In this document: positions 22,233 to 34,820 of the stretch, in pieces
How positions within the stretch are numbered: the stretch's first letter is position 1
How the letters are laid out: every line of letters starts with the position of its first letter
NCBI GenBank assembly: GCA_013265495.1
Contig: MU059537.1
Location: 124,001 to 188,000, forward strand
Source: Vicugna vicugna
Taxonomy: Eukaryota
Reading direction: 5' to 3'
DNA: 64,000 nt
Translations under genes and position numbers: made by a program
The notes under the pieces: generated by a model
Databases searched by the model: none
The model's input: the letters and a program-made list of their open reading frames with translations, nothing else
What the model was told of the DNA's origin: nothing

Positions 22233-24624
22233 ATAACAACAAAACAGCAGTGCTGGTAATGAGGGCGATGCTGACGAGCGGATGAAACAGAACCATGTTG
22301 TTCTTGTGGGCAGGGCCTCTGCCTTCAGCCCCGCGCAGAGCCCTGGGCCCTCCCTGGGTTTTCAGATCCGCCCGCCTGTGGCCTCCTGGCCCTGAACGGT
22401 CCCTTGGGGCCAGCCCCAACCCTGCCCCGTTAGGCCTGCAGCCACACGGCTCGGGCGGCCCTCGAGGTCCTCCTCGCCCTGGGTCTCCGCCTCCCCTCTG
22501 CCTCCTTCTCCGAACTCATGTTAAAAGCCTTTTCCAGAAGTGGGAGGCCAAAGAACTGGGCAGCGTGATGGTCTAGGGCTCCCGGGGCAGCCCAGCACCG
22601 TGGGGGCCGAGCTCAGCGTGGGCCTGACGCGGCGAGAGGGGCGCTTCCTGGTTTCGCTGTTTACCACGGAGCCGGCAGCCTGTCAGTAACTCTTTGTCCA
22701 CAAAAGAAAGCCCGAACTCATTAGCTGCCCGGCCAGCTCCCTTCCAGCCTCCTTGCCCCTGTGGTCCATGTGGCACCATGTGTTCACCATGGTGGCCTGT
22801 CCTTCTGCCCAGCAAAGCCCAGGTCCGTCTCGGTGCCGCCTCTGAGAAGTCTTCCTAGGCCTTTGCTCCAGGTGGAAGGGATGGACCCTGCTCGTCCACT
22901 AAAGATGCCGCTGCAGTGGACACTCACCTCTCTCCCGGCAGTGAACGCTGCTTTCCTGTGTTACAGGCTAACCCTGGTCAGCACCTACTGGGGTCCCACG
23001 CTGAGCCCTGACCTCTGACCCTGGTCCCACTCTGAGCCCTGACCCTGGACGGCTCCGTAATACCTATTGGGGGTCTCCTCCGGGCTGGGCCTGTGCTGAG
23101 AACGGAGGGTGCAGGGGATTGTCTGCCTCCGCAGCCCCGGCGCCCTTTGCCCTTGGAGGCCAGAGTCCTGTGCTTCCAGTGCGGAGGGTGGCAGGAGCGT
23201 GACTGGGATGGGGTGCCTGCAGTCAGGCCGCTGGGCCGAGGGTGCAACAGGGAGCTCGGGGCAGGGGGCGGCAGCGAGGGCAGAGGTCAGCTCTGCTGCT
23301 GGCCAACCTGGGGTTCTGGAAGCTCCTTCTCCTGGCTGTGGGGTAAGGGGCCTGGAGACCCATTAAGAAGGAGGCTGTGCTCTTGGTTTAAACAGGAGCC
23401 GGTCAGAATCAGAGCTTCTGAGGGTGGAAGGTTCCCAGTGAGCATGTGAGGTAAGGCGGCGGGGAGGATGTCTGAGTTTTGAGTGGGGTCCAGCTGGACT
23501 TCCCTCCCTGGCCACTGCACGGCCGTGCTCTCTGCCCAGAGTCTGAGCCGGGTGACTGGAGGATGGTGGATGTGGGAAGGGGAGGGTAGTGAGGGCAGTT
23601 GCTGTCCTGTGCGAGGTCCGGGGGCCCAGTGGGGCTCCGGCAGCCTGGGGGTCAAAAGGCGGTGTGGGGCCACATTGCTCTGGGGGCTGTGTGCCTCAGG
23701 AGGGCAGGGGACATAGGACTGGGCTCTGAGGACTCCAGTGTGAGAGTCAGGACAGGGCAGCAGTGAGGAGAGCCTGTGGAGGCTGAGTGACAGGGTCCCG
23801 GGAGGGCTTAGGGGGAGGGGGCAGGGCAGCAGTGACCTGTGTGCAGAAGGGCCCAGGGGGGCGACGTCAAGGGTGCTACTTGGGGCATCTGGAAGGCGTC
23901 AGTGACCACCTTTCTCTGGCCTGCCTTGTTGCTCACAAGTCCTCTGTGTTCCAGAGGGACAGGCTGGAGGGGGGTTGATGCCTTCCATCAGAGCCAGAAG
24001 AGACCCCAGGCCACCCACCATACCCTTGTACCAGTGGCAGACCCGAGAGCTGGTGGCATTGGGGCGACAGCAGTGAGTGATGGCCAGGATCGTGGAGAGC
24101 GCTGGGGGTGGGCTTGGGGCCCGGTTTCAGGATTCCAAGATCAAGCTGCCTTACCAAGTGCCAGAGCCTCGTCCGTCTGAGCCCAGATGAGCAAGACCAG
24201 GTCCCTGGCCTGGAGGAGCCGCAGACAAGGATTCGGGCAGATCTGCTCTTGGTGAACAGCGGGGCAGGCAGCCCAGGGGGCTCCCCTGCCAGGAAACAGC
24301 TTAACGTGGAAAAAACCGTCACGTTAGCTGCTTTACAGGCTTGCAGAGGATAGGCAGAGCAGCCGGGCGTGTCCCCTCAACACCACCCGCCTTACCACCC
24401 TGGTCAAGAGCGCTGCAGTGGGAGGCTGGCCCTGAGACCCCCGGTCCCGGCAGGAGGTCCTTTCTGTGGGAGAGTCGTGTAGGCCTTTGCGGGACCCGCA
24501 GAGTAAGAAGCATCACGTAAGCCCAGCTAGCAGCCACTCGGTCCGTAGTGGGCGGCCGCTGAGTGGGATGCAGGGGGGGAGCCGGCAGTCCCAGAAGTCA
24601 CAAACCCACAGCCCGAGGCCCGAC

Positions 24625-24993
24625 ACCCACTAAATTCTGTTCCCCTCAGATTTGTGTGTTGGAAGTCTCACCCCAGGACTTCAGAAGGTGACTGTTTGAC
24701 GATGGGGCCTTCAAAGAGGTGATTAAGGTGAAGTGTCTCTGGGGTGGACTCTCATTCAGCGTGACTGGTGCCCTGATTCAGTGGGATCAGGATGCAGACT
24801 CCCACGGGGGGCGAGCACATTGAGGACGCAGGGAGCAAATGGTGGTCCACTGCCCAGGAGAGGCCTCGGGAGGAGCCAGCCCTGCCGACACCTCCGTCTC
24901 GGACTTCGGCCTCCAGGACGGGGGAGAAGGCTTCTCCACGTGTGGGCCGCCCGGCCCGTGCTGCCTGTTACGGCAGCTGCAGCTGACTCATGC
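24625..24993 (+). mobile_element. MaLR solo LTR, MLT1A/B-like
   Basis: cttcagaaggtgactgtttgacgatggggccttcaaagaggtgattaaggt...gccctgccgacacctccgtctcggacttcggcctccagga matches the MLT1B layout. Confidence 0.8.
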
Positions 24994-25529
24994 CCGCCCC
25001 CAAGGAACTAACCAGATAGCATCACCTAAGAGAGTTTCTAAGAAATACTTTTAGAATAAGATGAAATCACAGAAATTAGTAATAATAAGAGATGATCAAA
25101 AGTGACCCAGTGTGTCTGGAAAAGATCAGTGATGGAACTCCATGGAGGGCCAGGCACACACTTGGTCACAGGTGACGTGAGAGGCAGCAGGGTAGGAGGT
25201 GTATCTGAAGACATTACAGTGCTGTGGGGAGGTGAGAAAGTGGAGACAGGGACAGCAGTGAAGAGGTAGGGGGAATAGAGTCAGAAATCCTCGCAGGTCT
25301 GAGTGGAGTCCCAGGCAGCGCGTGAGGAGGTCCCGCCTGGCCTGGGAGGCAGGGCTGACACGGAGCAGCGACGTGCATCCCGGGAAACCTGGGCCCTGGG
25401 GGAGGGAGGGTGACAGCCCTGCTCCCAGCTCAGTCCCAGCAGCAGCAGTGGATGCCAGGAAATGGTCAGATGATACCAAGGGCGAGAGAGAGGAACTGTC
25501 ACCCTGCAGTTGACCCCCAGCAAAACCAT

Positions 25530-28460
25530 CTCAAGAGCTAAGACAAAATACAGACGTTTTTATACAAGTGAAAGCTTGGCGGGTTGCCACCAAGAGACTT
25601 TCACTAAAGGAGCTTCTGAAGGATGGACTCGGGGTGGAGAATAATCCTCAAAGCCAGGTCTGCAGTGTAGCGCTCAAGGAACAGGTAGATGGGAGACAAA
25701 TCCAGCAAATGACTGTGTGAGATAATCATTCCATATTGAACAATGACTGTGACTGTAACTTGTGACGTTCAGTTTGTAGAAAGGCGAGAACAACTGGACA
25801 ATGATAGTCTATTAGTTGCAAAGAGTGATTAAATTACTCTGAGCTCATTATTTGCAGGGAAATGAAATACTCATAAATTTTGGCATCTGTTTATAACTAT
25901 GTATGGTAAAAACTCAAGGGTTCCTTCATCAAAATTAAAAACTCACGCTCTGCAAATGAGAATAAAAAGATAAGCTACTCATGGGGAGAAAATGTTTATA
26001 TATCCTGTGTCTGACAGAGGACTTGTATCCTGAATATATAAAGAGCTCTCTAAATCCAACAAAAAAGAAAACAAACATTGCAATTAGAAATTTGGCAAAA
26101 GATTTGAGCAGACCCTTCACCGAAGAAGGTATATGAATAGCAAATAAGTATCTTAAAAGCCATTAGAGAAATGCCAATTAAAACCATAATGAGAGGCAAC
26201 CGCACACCTGCTCGAATGGCTGAAATAAGAGCTACAACGACACAGGTAAAGCGGGCCGTTCACATACTGCTGGCAGGGATGCAAAGTGGTGCAGCTACTC
26301 TGAAGACACTTCGGTGGTTTCTTAAAAACTAACTCTGCACCAGCCATATTTCTCAGCAGTCACACTCCTGTGCATTTACCCTAGAGAAATAAACAGTTGT
26401 GTTTACACAAACACCTGTGCACAAATGTTCAGGGTATCTTTATTTGTAACAGCGCAAGTCAGAAATAATCCAGATGTCTTCTGGGGGTAAACTATGGTGT
26501 GTCCACATCATGCAATGCTTACTACTCAGCAACAAAACGGACGAACAGCGTGGAAGGTTCTGAGGGCATTTCTGCTCAGTGTGAAGCCTGTCTCGCAGGT
26601 CCCATGCTGTGGGATTCCACGGGTGCGACATCCTCTAAGGGACATGATGGTGGAGATGGAAACAGGGCTTGGGGGGCGGGCTGGGAGGATGCAACCCCAG
26701 GGCAGCAGGAAGGACCCCTGAAGTGCTGGGCCCACTCTGTGTCTGATCGCCAGGGTGAGCACACAGACCTGCCTGTGTGATGACTTATCACGACCTACAC
26801 GCACGCACGAGGCTCCAGTGGAAAACACAGTGAAACAGAAGGCGGCAGTGACCTCTGTGACTTCCAGACCAGGAAGAGTGGGACAGGAGCATGAGGAAAC
26901 CAACAGAAGCCCTTACTGAGCAAAAGGAAAAGGAAAGGGAGAGAGAGACACTAAAATAATGTAGAAGGAAAAACTAGGACCAGCAGAAAACCGAGGCAAA
27001 CCTCCGGAATCCTGTCTAGTACGCGAATCAACGTGGACGGATTGAAAGAGCCCCTTAAACGTCAGGGGCCGTCAGGCTGCAAGCAAAAACCTCTCTTTGC
27101 CGTTTACAAGACATTCGGTGAAACAGAAGGACGTGGAGAAGGTGAGCGTGAAGGTGTAAAGACAGAAGTTCGAGTCAGAGAGTCTGTGAGAGGGCGTGGC
27201 CAGCAAGGCCAGCTGTGCACAAGATGGACAGTAAGACAAATTATACATATACATATAAAACCAGTATTAATCATACAAGAACATACACTAGGATAACAAG
27301 AATTACTTCGTGACCGGTTCAGCTCATCAGGAAGATGGAAAATCCTCAATCTGTACACACCCAATGAGAGAGCTCTACGTCAACACGTAAATAAACCTCC
27401 CACCCGCAGGGGCGCTCCGTCACCGTAGCGGGAGGTTTCAGCGCAGGGCACACAGGTAAGGAATTCATGAAGGCAGCGCAGACTCAGTAAACATCAGCAC
27501 CTGACTTGCTGGACAGCAAAACGGAACCCTGCGCTGAGCGCGGGAAGGACACCATCTTCTCCAGGACACCTGGGACGGCTACAGACTTTGATTGCGTATT
27601 AGGTCGTGAAGCAAGTGTCGCTAGACTTCAGAGAATCAGGAATTTGTAAGAAGCTGCAGCTACTAGAACATGCCATTAGGAAAATGCAATCATTAGGTAT
27701 CAATGGCACAAAAAGAAAAAATTCCTTGTGTGTCAGGAAATTTAAAAGCTGTTCTAAATAACTCAGAGGTCGAAGAAGAAATCATTAATGGCTATGCAAA
27801 AAAGACATGATCGAATAATAATGAAAATGCTGCATATCAAAATCTGTGGGGTACTTCAAAGGAAATTAACAGCCTTAAATGCTTATACAACAAAAGAAGA
27901 AAGGCTGGAAATTAATGAATTAAGATATTAAAAAGACATTAATTAAAAGCAAAAGGACGATAGAATAAACCCTGAGAAATTAGAAGGAAGAGGATTATAG
28001 AGACAAAGCAGAACTGATTAAGTTACAACAGCGTCTGCATGAAGCAAGAGCTGGTTCTGTGGAAAGACCATGAAAGCAGACTAACCGTTAGCAAGATGGA
28101 TTCAGCAGTGAAAGAGCAGAAATTCCCAAATAATAAGAGAATTCTGTGAACCATCTTATGCCAACAAGTTGGGAAACTTAGAAAAAAAATGGACAGATTC
28201 CTAGAAAAGTACAATTTGCCAGCGTTGACTGAGGACTGAATAGGTCAGTGGTTCTGCGACCACGGAAGGAACTGCGTCGGTAGGGCAGACCCTTCCGCCG
28301 TAGAAACACTGAGCCCTGTTGTTCTTTTAAGTGTGTTCTGCCCAACGTTCAGGCAAGAAAGCCAGTCTTGTACAAGCCCCCCTGTAGACCAGAGAAGGGG
28401 GGCGTTCCTAAACACGTAATTCAAGGTAAAATCAGACGACGTGTGGGAAGGGGACATCGC
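25530..28460 (+). mobile_element. Old L1 (L1M-type) ORF1-end and ORF2 endonuclease region, decayed, interrupted by a separate L1 3' fragment
   Basis: Degenerate matches to L1 ORF2: tcaacgtggacggattgaa, aatcctcaatctgtacacacccaat, ttatgccaacaagttgggaaacttagaaaaaaaatggacagattcctagaaaag. AT-rich, no intact ORF. Confidence 0.8.
25925..26830 (+). mobile_element. L1 3' end fragment (L1MB/MC-like ORF2 C-terminus and 3' UTR)
   Basis: ctgacagaggacttgtatcctgaatatataaagagctctc, gcaaaagatttgagcagacccttcacc, gcatttaccctagagaaataaa are L1 ORF2-terminal and 3' UTR signatures. Confidence 0.85.
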
Positions 28461-31400
28461 GGTCCCTCGGTCTCTTGGACACAGAGGTGGTAACCCTAGC
28501 GCAGTGCGAGCGAGCCACGCTGAGACCCGTGGCCTTTGGGAGCTGGTGGTTTAGCAGGAAGCCCGGAAAACCACTGGCTTTGGGGGAAATAATGCCCCTC
28601 CCCCCCATGGAGCTGCCGGGGGGATGAGGAGGACGCTGAGCTTTGCAGGCGCAGGCTGGGCTCGTCCAGACCCTTTCGCGCAGGCACACCCTGGATGGAG
28701 GGGACTGTACAGTCGTTGTCTTCAAGAGGCAGCAGAAAGCAGTGAGTGCCCACTCGGGCCACTCACGTGCTCCGCCAAGGCCGGCTTCCTTTCCTCCCCG
28801 TTTCCTGCATCCTGTTTGCATCCCATCTGCTCCTTCCCCCGAGGTCTTTACTCAGGTATGTGCTCATCAGAGAGGATTCCCTGACCGCTCTGAGCCCCCT
28901 CCGCACCTGCCCGCGCGCCCCGTTGGTACCTGTCTTCCTGGACACGTCTGCCTCCACAGGGCCGGGCCCGCAGCGTGCAGTACGTGCTCTGGAAGCACGC
29001 CCTGGACGGCTCCGTGCCCCTGCACAGCTCTGCCCAGGCGCTGGTGAGGCTGGGACGCCGGAAGCGCCCGGGACGCAAGACTGGGGCTCGGTCCCCTGGG
29101 CAGGGGAGGTTCGGAGCTGCGGAAAGAAGGAAGGTCTCCAGCAGGGCCGGGCCCAGGGTCAGACGGTCTGAGGAGCTTGCGCTTCTGAGCTCATCCGAGT
29201 CCAGCAAAGGGCTGGACTAGCTAAGTGCCCAGCTGGTGGCTCTGGCCCAGCCCCGCCAGGCTGTGGGGCTCTCTGGTCAGAGTCCTCAGCCACGTTCTCA
29301 GTGACAGGGTGTTTTAATCATGAGAGGCCGCACCCCAGGCTGCTTGGGCCATGGGGCCTGCTGTCCCGGCCATACTGGGGCCATGTTGGAACCTGCTTGT
29401 GGGGGAGGGGAGGCTGCCTTTTAATTTGGAGCCGAGCTGGGTAAATGAGCAGCAATTGGATTTGCTGAGGCCTGAGTGAGCGGAGTCCCCGGTACAGAGA
29501 ACACCGGAGAATCTCATTTTCACTATCAGATTGTTATAGATTCTCCCCACCATCTGCTGAGAAATGTAAATGGGAATTGGGTTGCGGGCGCCATGAGGGA
29601 CAGCTGGTGGGACGTGGTGGGGCGGGGAGGGTGACCCTGTGTGCACTCGGGCCCCAGCCCCGGGCCCCAGGCCGTGCCCTTTCCTGCCCACTGCAGCCCT
29701 CGTGCTCCGCCAGTGCTGCTCGGAGCGGATGTCAGCAGGAAAACCACCCTGGGCAGAGGTTTAAGTTAATCCGCTCAGTTAACATACGCAGGGCTTGCCG
29801 TGTCCCGGTGGCTGAACAGCGGGCCTCCTCTCTGCCCCGAGCTTAGACGGCAGGGATCACAGGTGTGTGACAGAGGGACTGGGGTCCCTGCACCCCGCTT
29901 GGCGCCCCACCTGCCCCAGTGTCCTTGGCTACTTGGAGCAGCTTCAGATCAGGGGATCTTGCTTGGAGCCGGTGCAGCTGAGGTCCAGCCTCAGCGTGAC
30001 TCTGCGGGCTGCCCCCTGGGCTAAGCCTGGGCGACGGGGGACAACATGCCTGCTCTCTGGCTGGTGGGGAGAGCAGACCCGGTGGGGCTGTGCCGGAGCT
30101 GCCCCGGGGCCCCAGGCAGGCAGAGCACAGCCCTGAGCTCCTGCGGGCTGCTCCTACTGAGGCTGAGTGAGGAAAGGGTTGTAGACCCGCGCGCCCCTGG
30201 CCCTCCCAGCAGAGGCCTCATCGCCCTTCCTTGACCTGGGAAGAGGCCTGTGCTGAGAGGGAGAAAGGCCCACCCCTGGGAGCGGGCGGCAGCCCTGTCT
30301 GCTGGCCCCTCCTGGGTTCTTCACGCTGTGCTGTTCGAGCACATGGGGCTCACGGTGGGCGTGGGGGTCCAGCCGGGTGCTGGTGGCCGGACGAGGGGGC
30401 AGCTGGGGTGGCCAGCTGCCTGGCACACCTGCCTGTTTATAGACCAGGGTCGGGGTGTCCTTGAGGCCCGGGAGAGACTGCCACAGAGGTGGGTAATTAA
30501 ATGCCAGCCCCGTGGACCAGACCAGGGCGGAGGATAAAGCAACATGGCCCAGATGGATCTGGAAAGGCCCCCAAGGAAGGGAGGGGACCTGGCGCCAGGG
30601 GTGATAGGGCCGCCTTACACAGAAGCGCTGCCCTCCGCGGGGGCCTCGAGCCCCCGCGGTGAGAGGAATGTCCCCCGGTGCAGATGGGACACGTGAGGCC
30701 GGACAGTGAAGACTCAGCCAAGACCCCAGGACACGCAGCCAGCACGGCTCACAGCCCGGGGGGCACAGGCTTGGGCAGGCTCTCAGGGGAGGCGCACGCA
30801 CACGTGCATGTGTGTACGCATGAAGTGTGCGCGTGTGCACATGATGCGTGTGCTCGGGCAGGTTGCCCTGCTGTGCATGAAGTTTCTGTGTGTGCATGGG
30901 TGTGTTGTGTGCGTGTGTGCGGGCATGTGTGGACCTGAGCTCCTGCTTGCCCGCTGGCCAGTGTTGGGATTGGTCCGCTTCCTGGGTGTGTCGCGATGTG
31001 GGCAGAAGAGCGTGTCTGGGAGGCGGTGAGGACTGACAGGGTGAGGGAGCCAGGCACGGGGCAGAGGCAGGGCAACATGTCAGGGCCAGGCCCCCAGCCC
31101 CAGCCGTCCACCCCACCACTAGAGGAGGAAGAGGTATCTCGCTGCACCTCACAATTACCCAGGCCACTGATCAGATGGGCCCCTCCCCAGGATGGGTCTG
31201 CAACGAGCTCAGGCCCCCTTCTCAGTGCTCCTGAATGCTCCTGTGGGGCCCGCCTCCAGGTGCCCGTCCTGGGCTGCAGTCCCAGACTGAGCTTCGGAGC
31301 GCTGTACCAGCAGGGGAGCTGCCCAGAATTCCTGAGCCCTGGGCAAAGGGCAGGTAGGTGGGAGAGTGGGCTGGGGGTCCTGCTGGAGGACAGTGGCCTG

Positions 31401-31829
31401 GAGGAGGGGAGTGGGAGAGGCTCCCAGAAGCAGCACCTGGCATCTGGCCCAGTCCCGATGTTAAGACTGAGCGTGCCAGCTGTCCAGGGTGCCGGGGCTC
31501 ACAGAGAGCACCTGCCTGTGTGCGGTGGCCCTCCTCCGTGTCTCCCATGCAGGACTCATCCTCCCAACCTGCCCTGCTCCACAGGTTTCGGCTGGGAGAG
31601 CTGCAGGAACCCCTGGCTACTTCAGAGAAAGGAGGTTCCCTGGCTGAGGTCACCCCCGTGTGAGGGCTGGGCTGGGAGCAGGGAACTGCCTCCGCCAGAG
31701 GTGACGAGGGGACACCACCCCAAAGCAGGGTGACTGGGGGATGGCTGTGTGCGTGGGAAGGTCCCTTTCAAGGCAGAAACAATGCAGTTTTGAAGTGGTA
31801 GGGAATTTGGGCTCATTTTCAGCAGCTGT

Positions 31830-31848
31830 ATGCAAATTGCATGCAAAT
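31830..31848 (+). promoter_or_regulatory. Tandem POU octamer motifs
   Basis: ATGCAAAT at 31830-31837 and 31841-31848 (ATGCAAATtgcATGCAAAT), with E-box CAGCTG at 31823-31828. Confidence 0.4.
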
Positions 31849-32011
31849 GAACCTGTTTTCCTTCCAGTACCAGTGAGCAGCCCAGAGAAACAGTGTTCTG
31901 GGGGACCAGAGTCAGCCCAGCATCTTGTCTTCATTCACAGCAAAAATCCGCTTCTTCAGAAGCTGTGCTGAGTAGGGGAGGTCACTGCTGTTTATTTAAC
32001 AGATGAGGATG

Positions 32012-32178
32012 GTCCCTGGAGTCAGACAGACTGGGTTCTAATCCCAGCTCCGCCAGTGACTGCTGTGTGTGACTGAGCACTTTGCTTTATCTCTGCTCCT
32101 CACTTCCCTTTCTGTGAAATACATAACAGTGACACCTCAGAGGGTTGCATGGGAAGCACTTAGCACAGTGACTGGTTC
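32012..32178 (+). mobile_element. MIR SINE
   Basis: ctggagtcagacagactgggttctaatcccagctccgcc...gcacttagcacagtgactgg closely follows the MIR consensus. Confidence 0.85.
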
Positions 32179-32219
32179 TGATGGTGGTGATGGTGCTGGT
32201 GGTGACGGTGGTGACGGTG

Positions 32220-32433
32220 NNNNNNNNNNNNNNNNNNNNNNNNNNNNNNNNNNNNNNNNNNNNNNNNNNNNNNNNNNNNNNNNNNNNNNNNNNNNNNNNN
32301 NNNNNNNNNNNNNNNNNNNNNNNNNNNNNNNNNNNNNNNNNNNNNNNNNNNNNNNNNNNNNNNNNNNNNNNNNNNNNNNNNNNNNNNNNNNNNNNNNNNN
32401 NNNNNNNNNNNNNNNNNNNNNNNNNNNNNNNNN
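32220..32433. other. Assembly gap (214 N) within a (GGT/GAT) low-complexity repeat
   Basis: N-run flanked by ggtgatggtgctggtggtgacggtggtgac and gtggtgatcatgatg. Confidence 0.98.
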
Positions 32434-33149
32434 GTGGTGATCATGATGGGAAGAGTGAGTTCCCCGTAACAGGCTTGGTGGTACAAGGCCCTGGGAGAAT
32501 AGAGAAGAAAAATTATCTCTGTCTTTGAGATCCTCAGGTCTTCTTCAGAGGTCTTCCCAGGGTGGGGCCAGTGTCCTAACTTGTTTCTTTACCCTCCAAC
32601 CACTGGAAGCCTGGGTCCCTAAGAGCTCCAGGTTCCACACACCCTCCGCTGGCACCCCTCCCGGCAGTACTGACAGTGTGCCTGCCTCGGGCATTGGTCT
32701 CCGGACCTTCCTTCCTGGAGGCCCTGCGCGACCAGGCACGTGGAAGTGGGGAGCCCCGGGAGGATGAGGCGTGGTCTGGGCTCTTGAGGAGCCTCCATCC
32801 CCCTGTGGCCTCGCCCTCCCACCCCACAGGGCCGCACTCTGTCTTCCAGTTGAACAGCAGCCCCGCAGGGTTCCACACCTTGCTCTTTACAGCAGAGCCC
32901 CTCCCACCGCCTTGGGGCCTGGCCTCCAGCTCCCCCTGTGGCAGGTGGGGCATAAGCCTGCCTCTCCTTGCCATCCTTCCAATCGGCACAGGGCTGGGTG
33001 GACGGTGAGTGTCCAGGACCTGCCAGAGGGCCCGCTCGTGATCTTGGAACTCCCCAGGGGGCAGTGCGGGTGACGGAGGGCGGGGGGCACAGAGCTATGG
33101 CACCCAGAGCCCCAGAGTGCGGCTGGTCCCCTGTCCCTCTCTCGTGACA

Positions 33150-33300
33150 TTGTCTGCCCATTTTGTGGATGCCAGACTGAAACTCAAGAAAGGCTAGCAC
33201 TTACTTACCCCTAATCCTGCCGCTGGCAAGGGGCGGAGCCAGGATTTGAACCCAGGTCTCTGATGCCCAGGCTTTCCTGTGCAACCCAGAGTTTCTGATG
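33150..33300 (-). mobile_element. MIR SINE fragment
   Basis: cccattttgtggatgccagactgaaactcaag...ggagccaggatttgaacccaggtctctga resembles antisense MIR. Confidence 0.75.
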
Positions 33301-34699
33301 GAGCCAGGAAGTCAGGAAAAGGCAGGTGTTCTACTGGAAGGACCGGCAGTGGGAGGAGCCTGAGGAGAGTGGTGCAGAGGGTCCCACAGGACAGCCCCAC
33401 CCCACCCATGGTGCACAGTACCGGGATTCTGAGCTCTCTGGAAGCTTAGGGGTTATTTGGTCTGTCTGTCGCCTCGAGCTGGTGAAGGCAGTCTGGAGAA
33501 GGGTGGTGGGCTTGGCTGGGCAGGGCAGCTTCTCACTGTGGGCCGGGGAAAGGCCGGGATGAAGGAGAGGGCCTCTGGGCCAGGACGCACAACACACAGG
33601 GTGTTGGGAAACCAGCTGCAGCCCTGAGGCTTGGAATCAGCGGAATCCGGCTGGCTGAGCCCTGCCTTCTGCACACAGATACAGAGATTGGTTTCATTGA
33701 AAAACCTCCGCGCTGCCAGGGCCACAGGCCTGGGACCCACTGTGTGCTTTCTGCCAAGAGAGAAGGGGAGAGACCGTTTTCTAGCCCGCTCAGCGGGGAG
33801 CCAGGGCTATCTGCATGAGACTGGTTTCTGATTCAGGAAAAGGCTCAGGTCTTGTTGCCGCCCCACTGCCCTGGTCCGGCCTCAGATCTGAAGGAGACTG
33901 GGGGCCACACGAATGAAGGGTGGCCGGACCTGAGACCCCTCCCTCCCTTGCCCCCTGTCCGGTTACCATCCCTGTTGCTCATGTCACTGCTGCCATCCCT
34001 GGCCCGTGACACGAGCAAGGTCATAGCCGGTAGTGGTTGGGCGGGCGCCCAGTTGTCCGGCTTCCACCGAGGCTGCTCCTCCAGAGTCAGCACTGCCTGA
34101 CTGTCCAGTCCCCCTAAAACCCCACCTGCCCTGGGAGGGGCTGCATCTGGTCTGCGGCTCCTTGTCTGCAGAAGGGATCAGGGTGGGAGGGCGCAGGGCA
34201 GGATGGAAGGGGCCTGCACCCCAGCCCTGAGTGCCCACACGTCACCAGGGGCAGGGCAGTAAGTGTCCATGCAGATGAAACGGCCGAAGTGTGGGGTGGT
34301 TGGGGGACCCCCAGTGCAAGGAGGAGCCAGGATGGGGACTCAGTGCTGAGGTCACCCCCCGGGGCTGCTTTCAAAGTGTTGCACGTGGGAGAGTTGACAG
34401 TAGTGATGGCAGTAAGCAAACACGGTGCCTCACAGGGCTGTCTGGTCCTGACTAGCTCCCGGCCGGGGAAGGAGCTTGGAAATGTTCCAGCCTGAGTCCT
34501 GGGTGCGTTAGAACTTGCTGTGAGACTTTGCTGAAGTTACGTGCTGTCTCTGAGCCACACTTTTCCTGTCTAGGAATGTCCCCTTCCCCAGGGCTGGGGG
34601 GTTAAGAAACTGTGTGGGTGACTGCCTTTCGGAAGCCCAGCACGTGCAGGTGCCCCTTCTGGCACTGGGCACTGTGACCCAGCACCACGTCGGACTTCA

Positions 34700-34820
34700 G
34701 GGTTGGACAGGGTCCCAGCCCCAATTTGTACATGAGGGGAAGAGGCCCAGAGAGGCTCAGAGAATTGGTCTGGGTCACACAGCCAGTCGGCGGCCCAGCC
34801 TGGATGAAAACCCCGGTGCC
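34700..34820 (-). mobile_element. MIR SINE fragment
   Basis: ccccaatttgtacatgaggggaagaggcccagagaggct...ggtcacacagccagt. Confidence 0.6.

Noticed and set aside
22201-22419. Minus-strand ORF ending in a hydrophobic stretch (VSIALITSTAVLLLFYAY)
   Set aside because: Antisense to TSNARE1. The hydrophobicity follows from the A-rich plus-strand patch, so it cannot be the missing anchor exon.
30154-31167. Longest ORF in the track (337 aa, minus strand)
   Set aside because: Runs through a CA/TG low-complexity tract (THARTH-type peptide), has no recognisable domain or splice logic, and is typical of chance ORFs in GC-rich DNA.
32069-32528. ORFs spanning the N run
   Set aside because: Artefacts of translating unknown bases.
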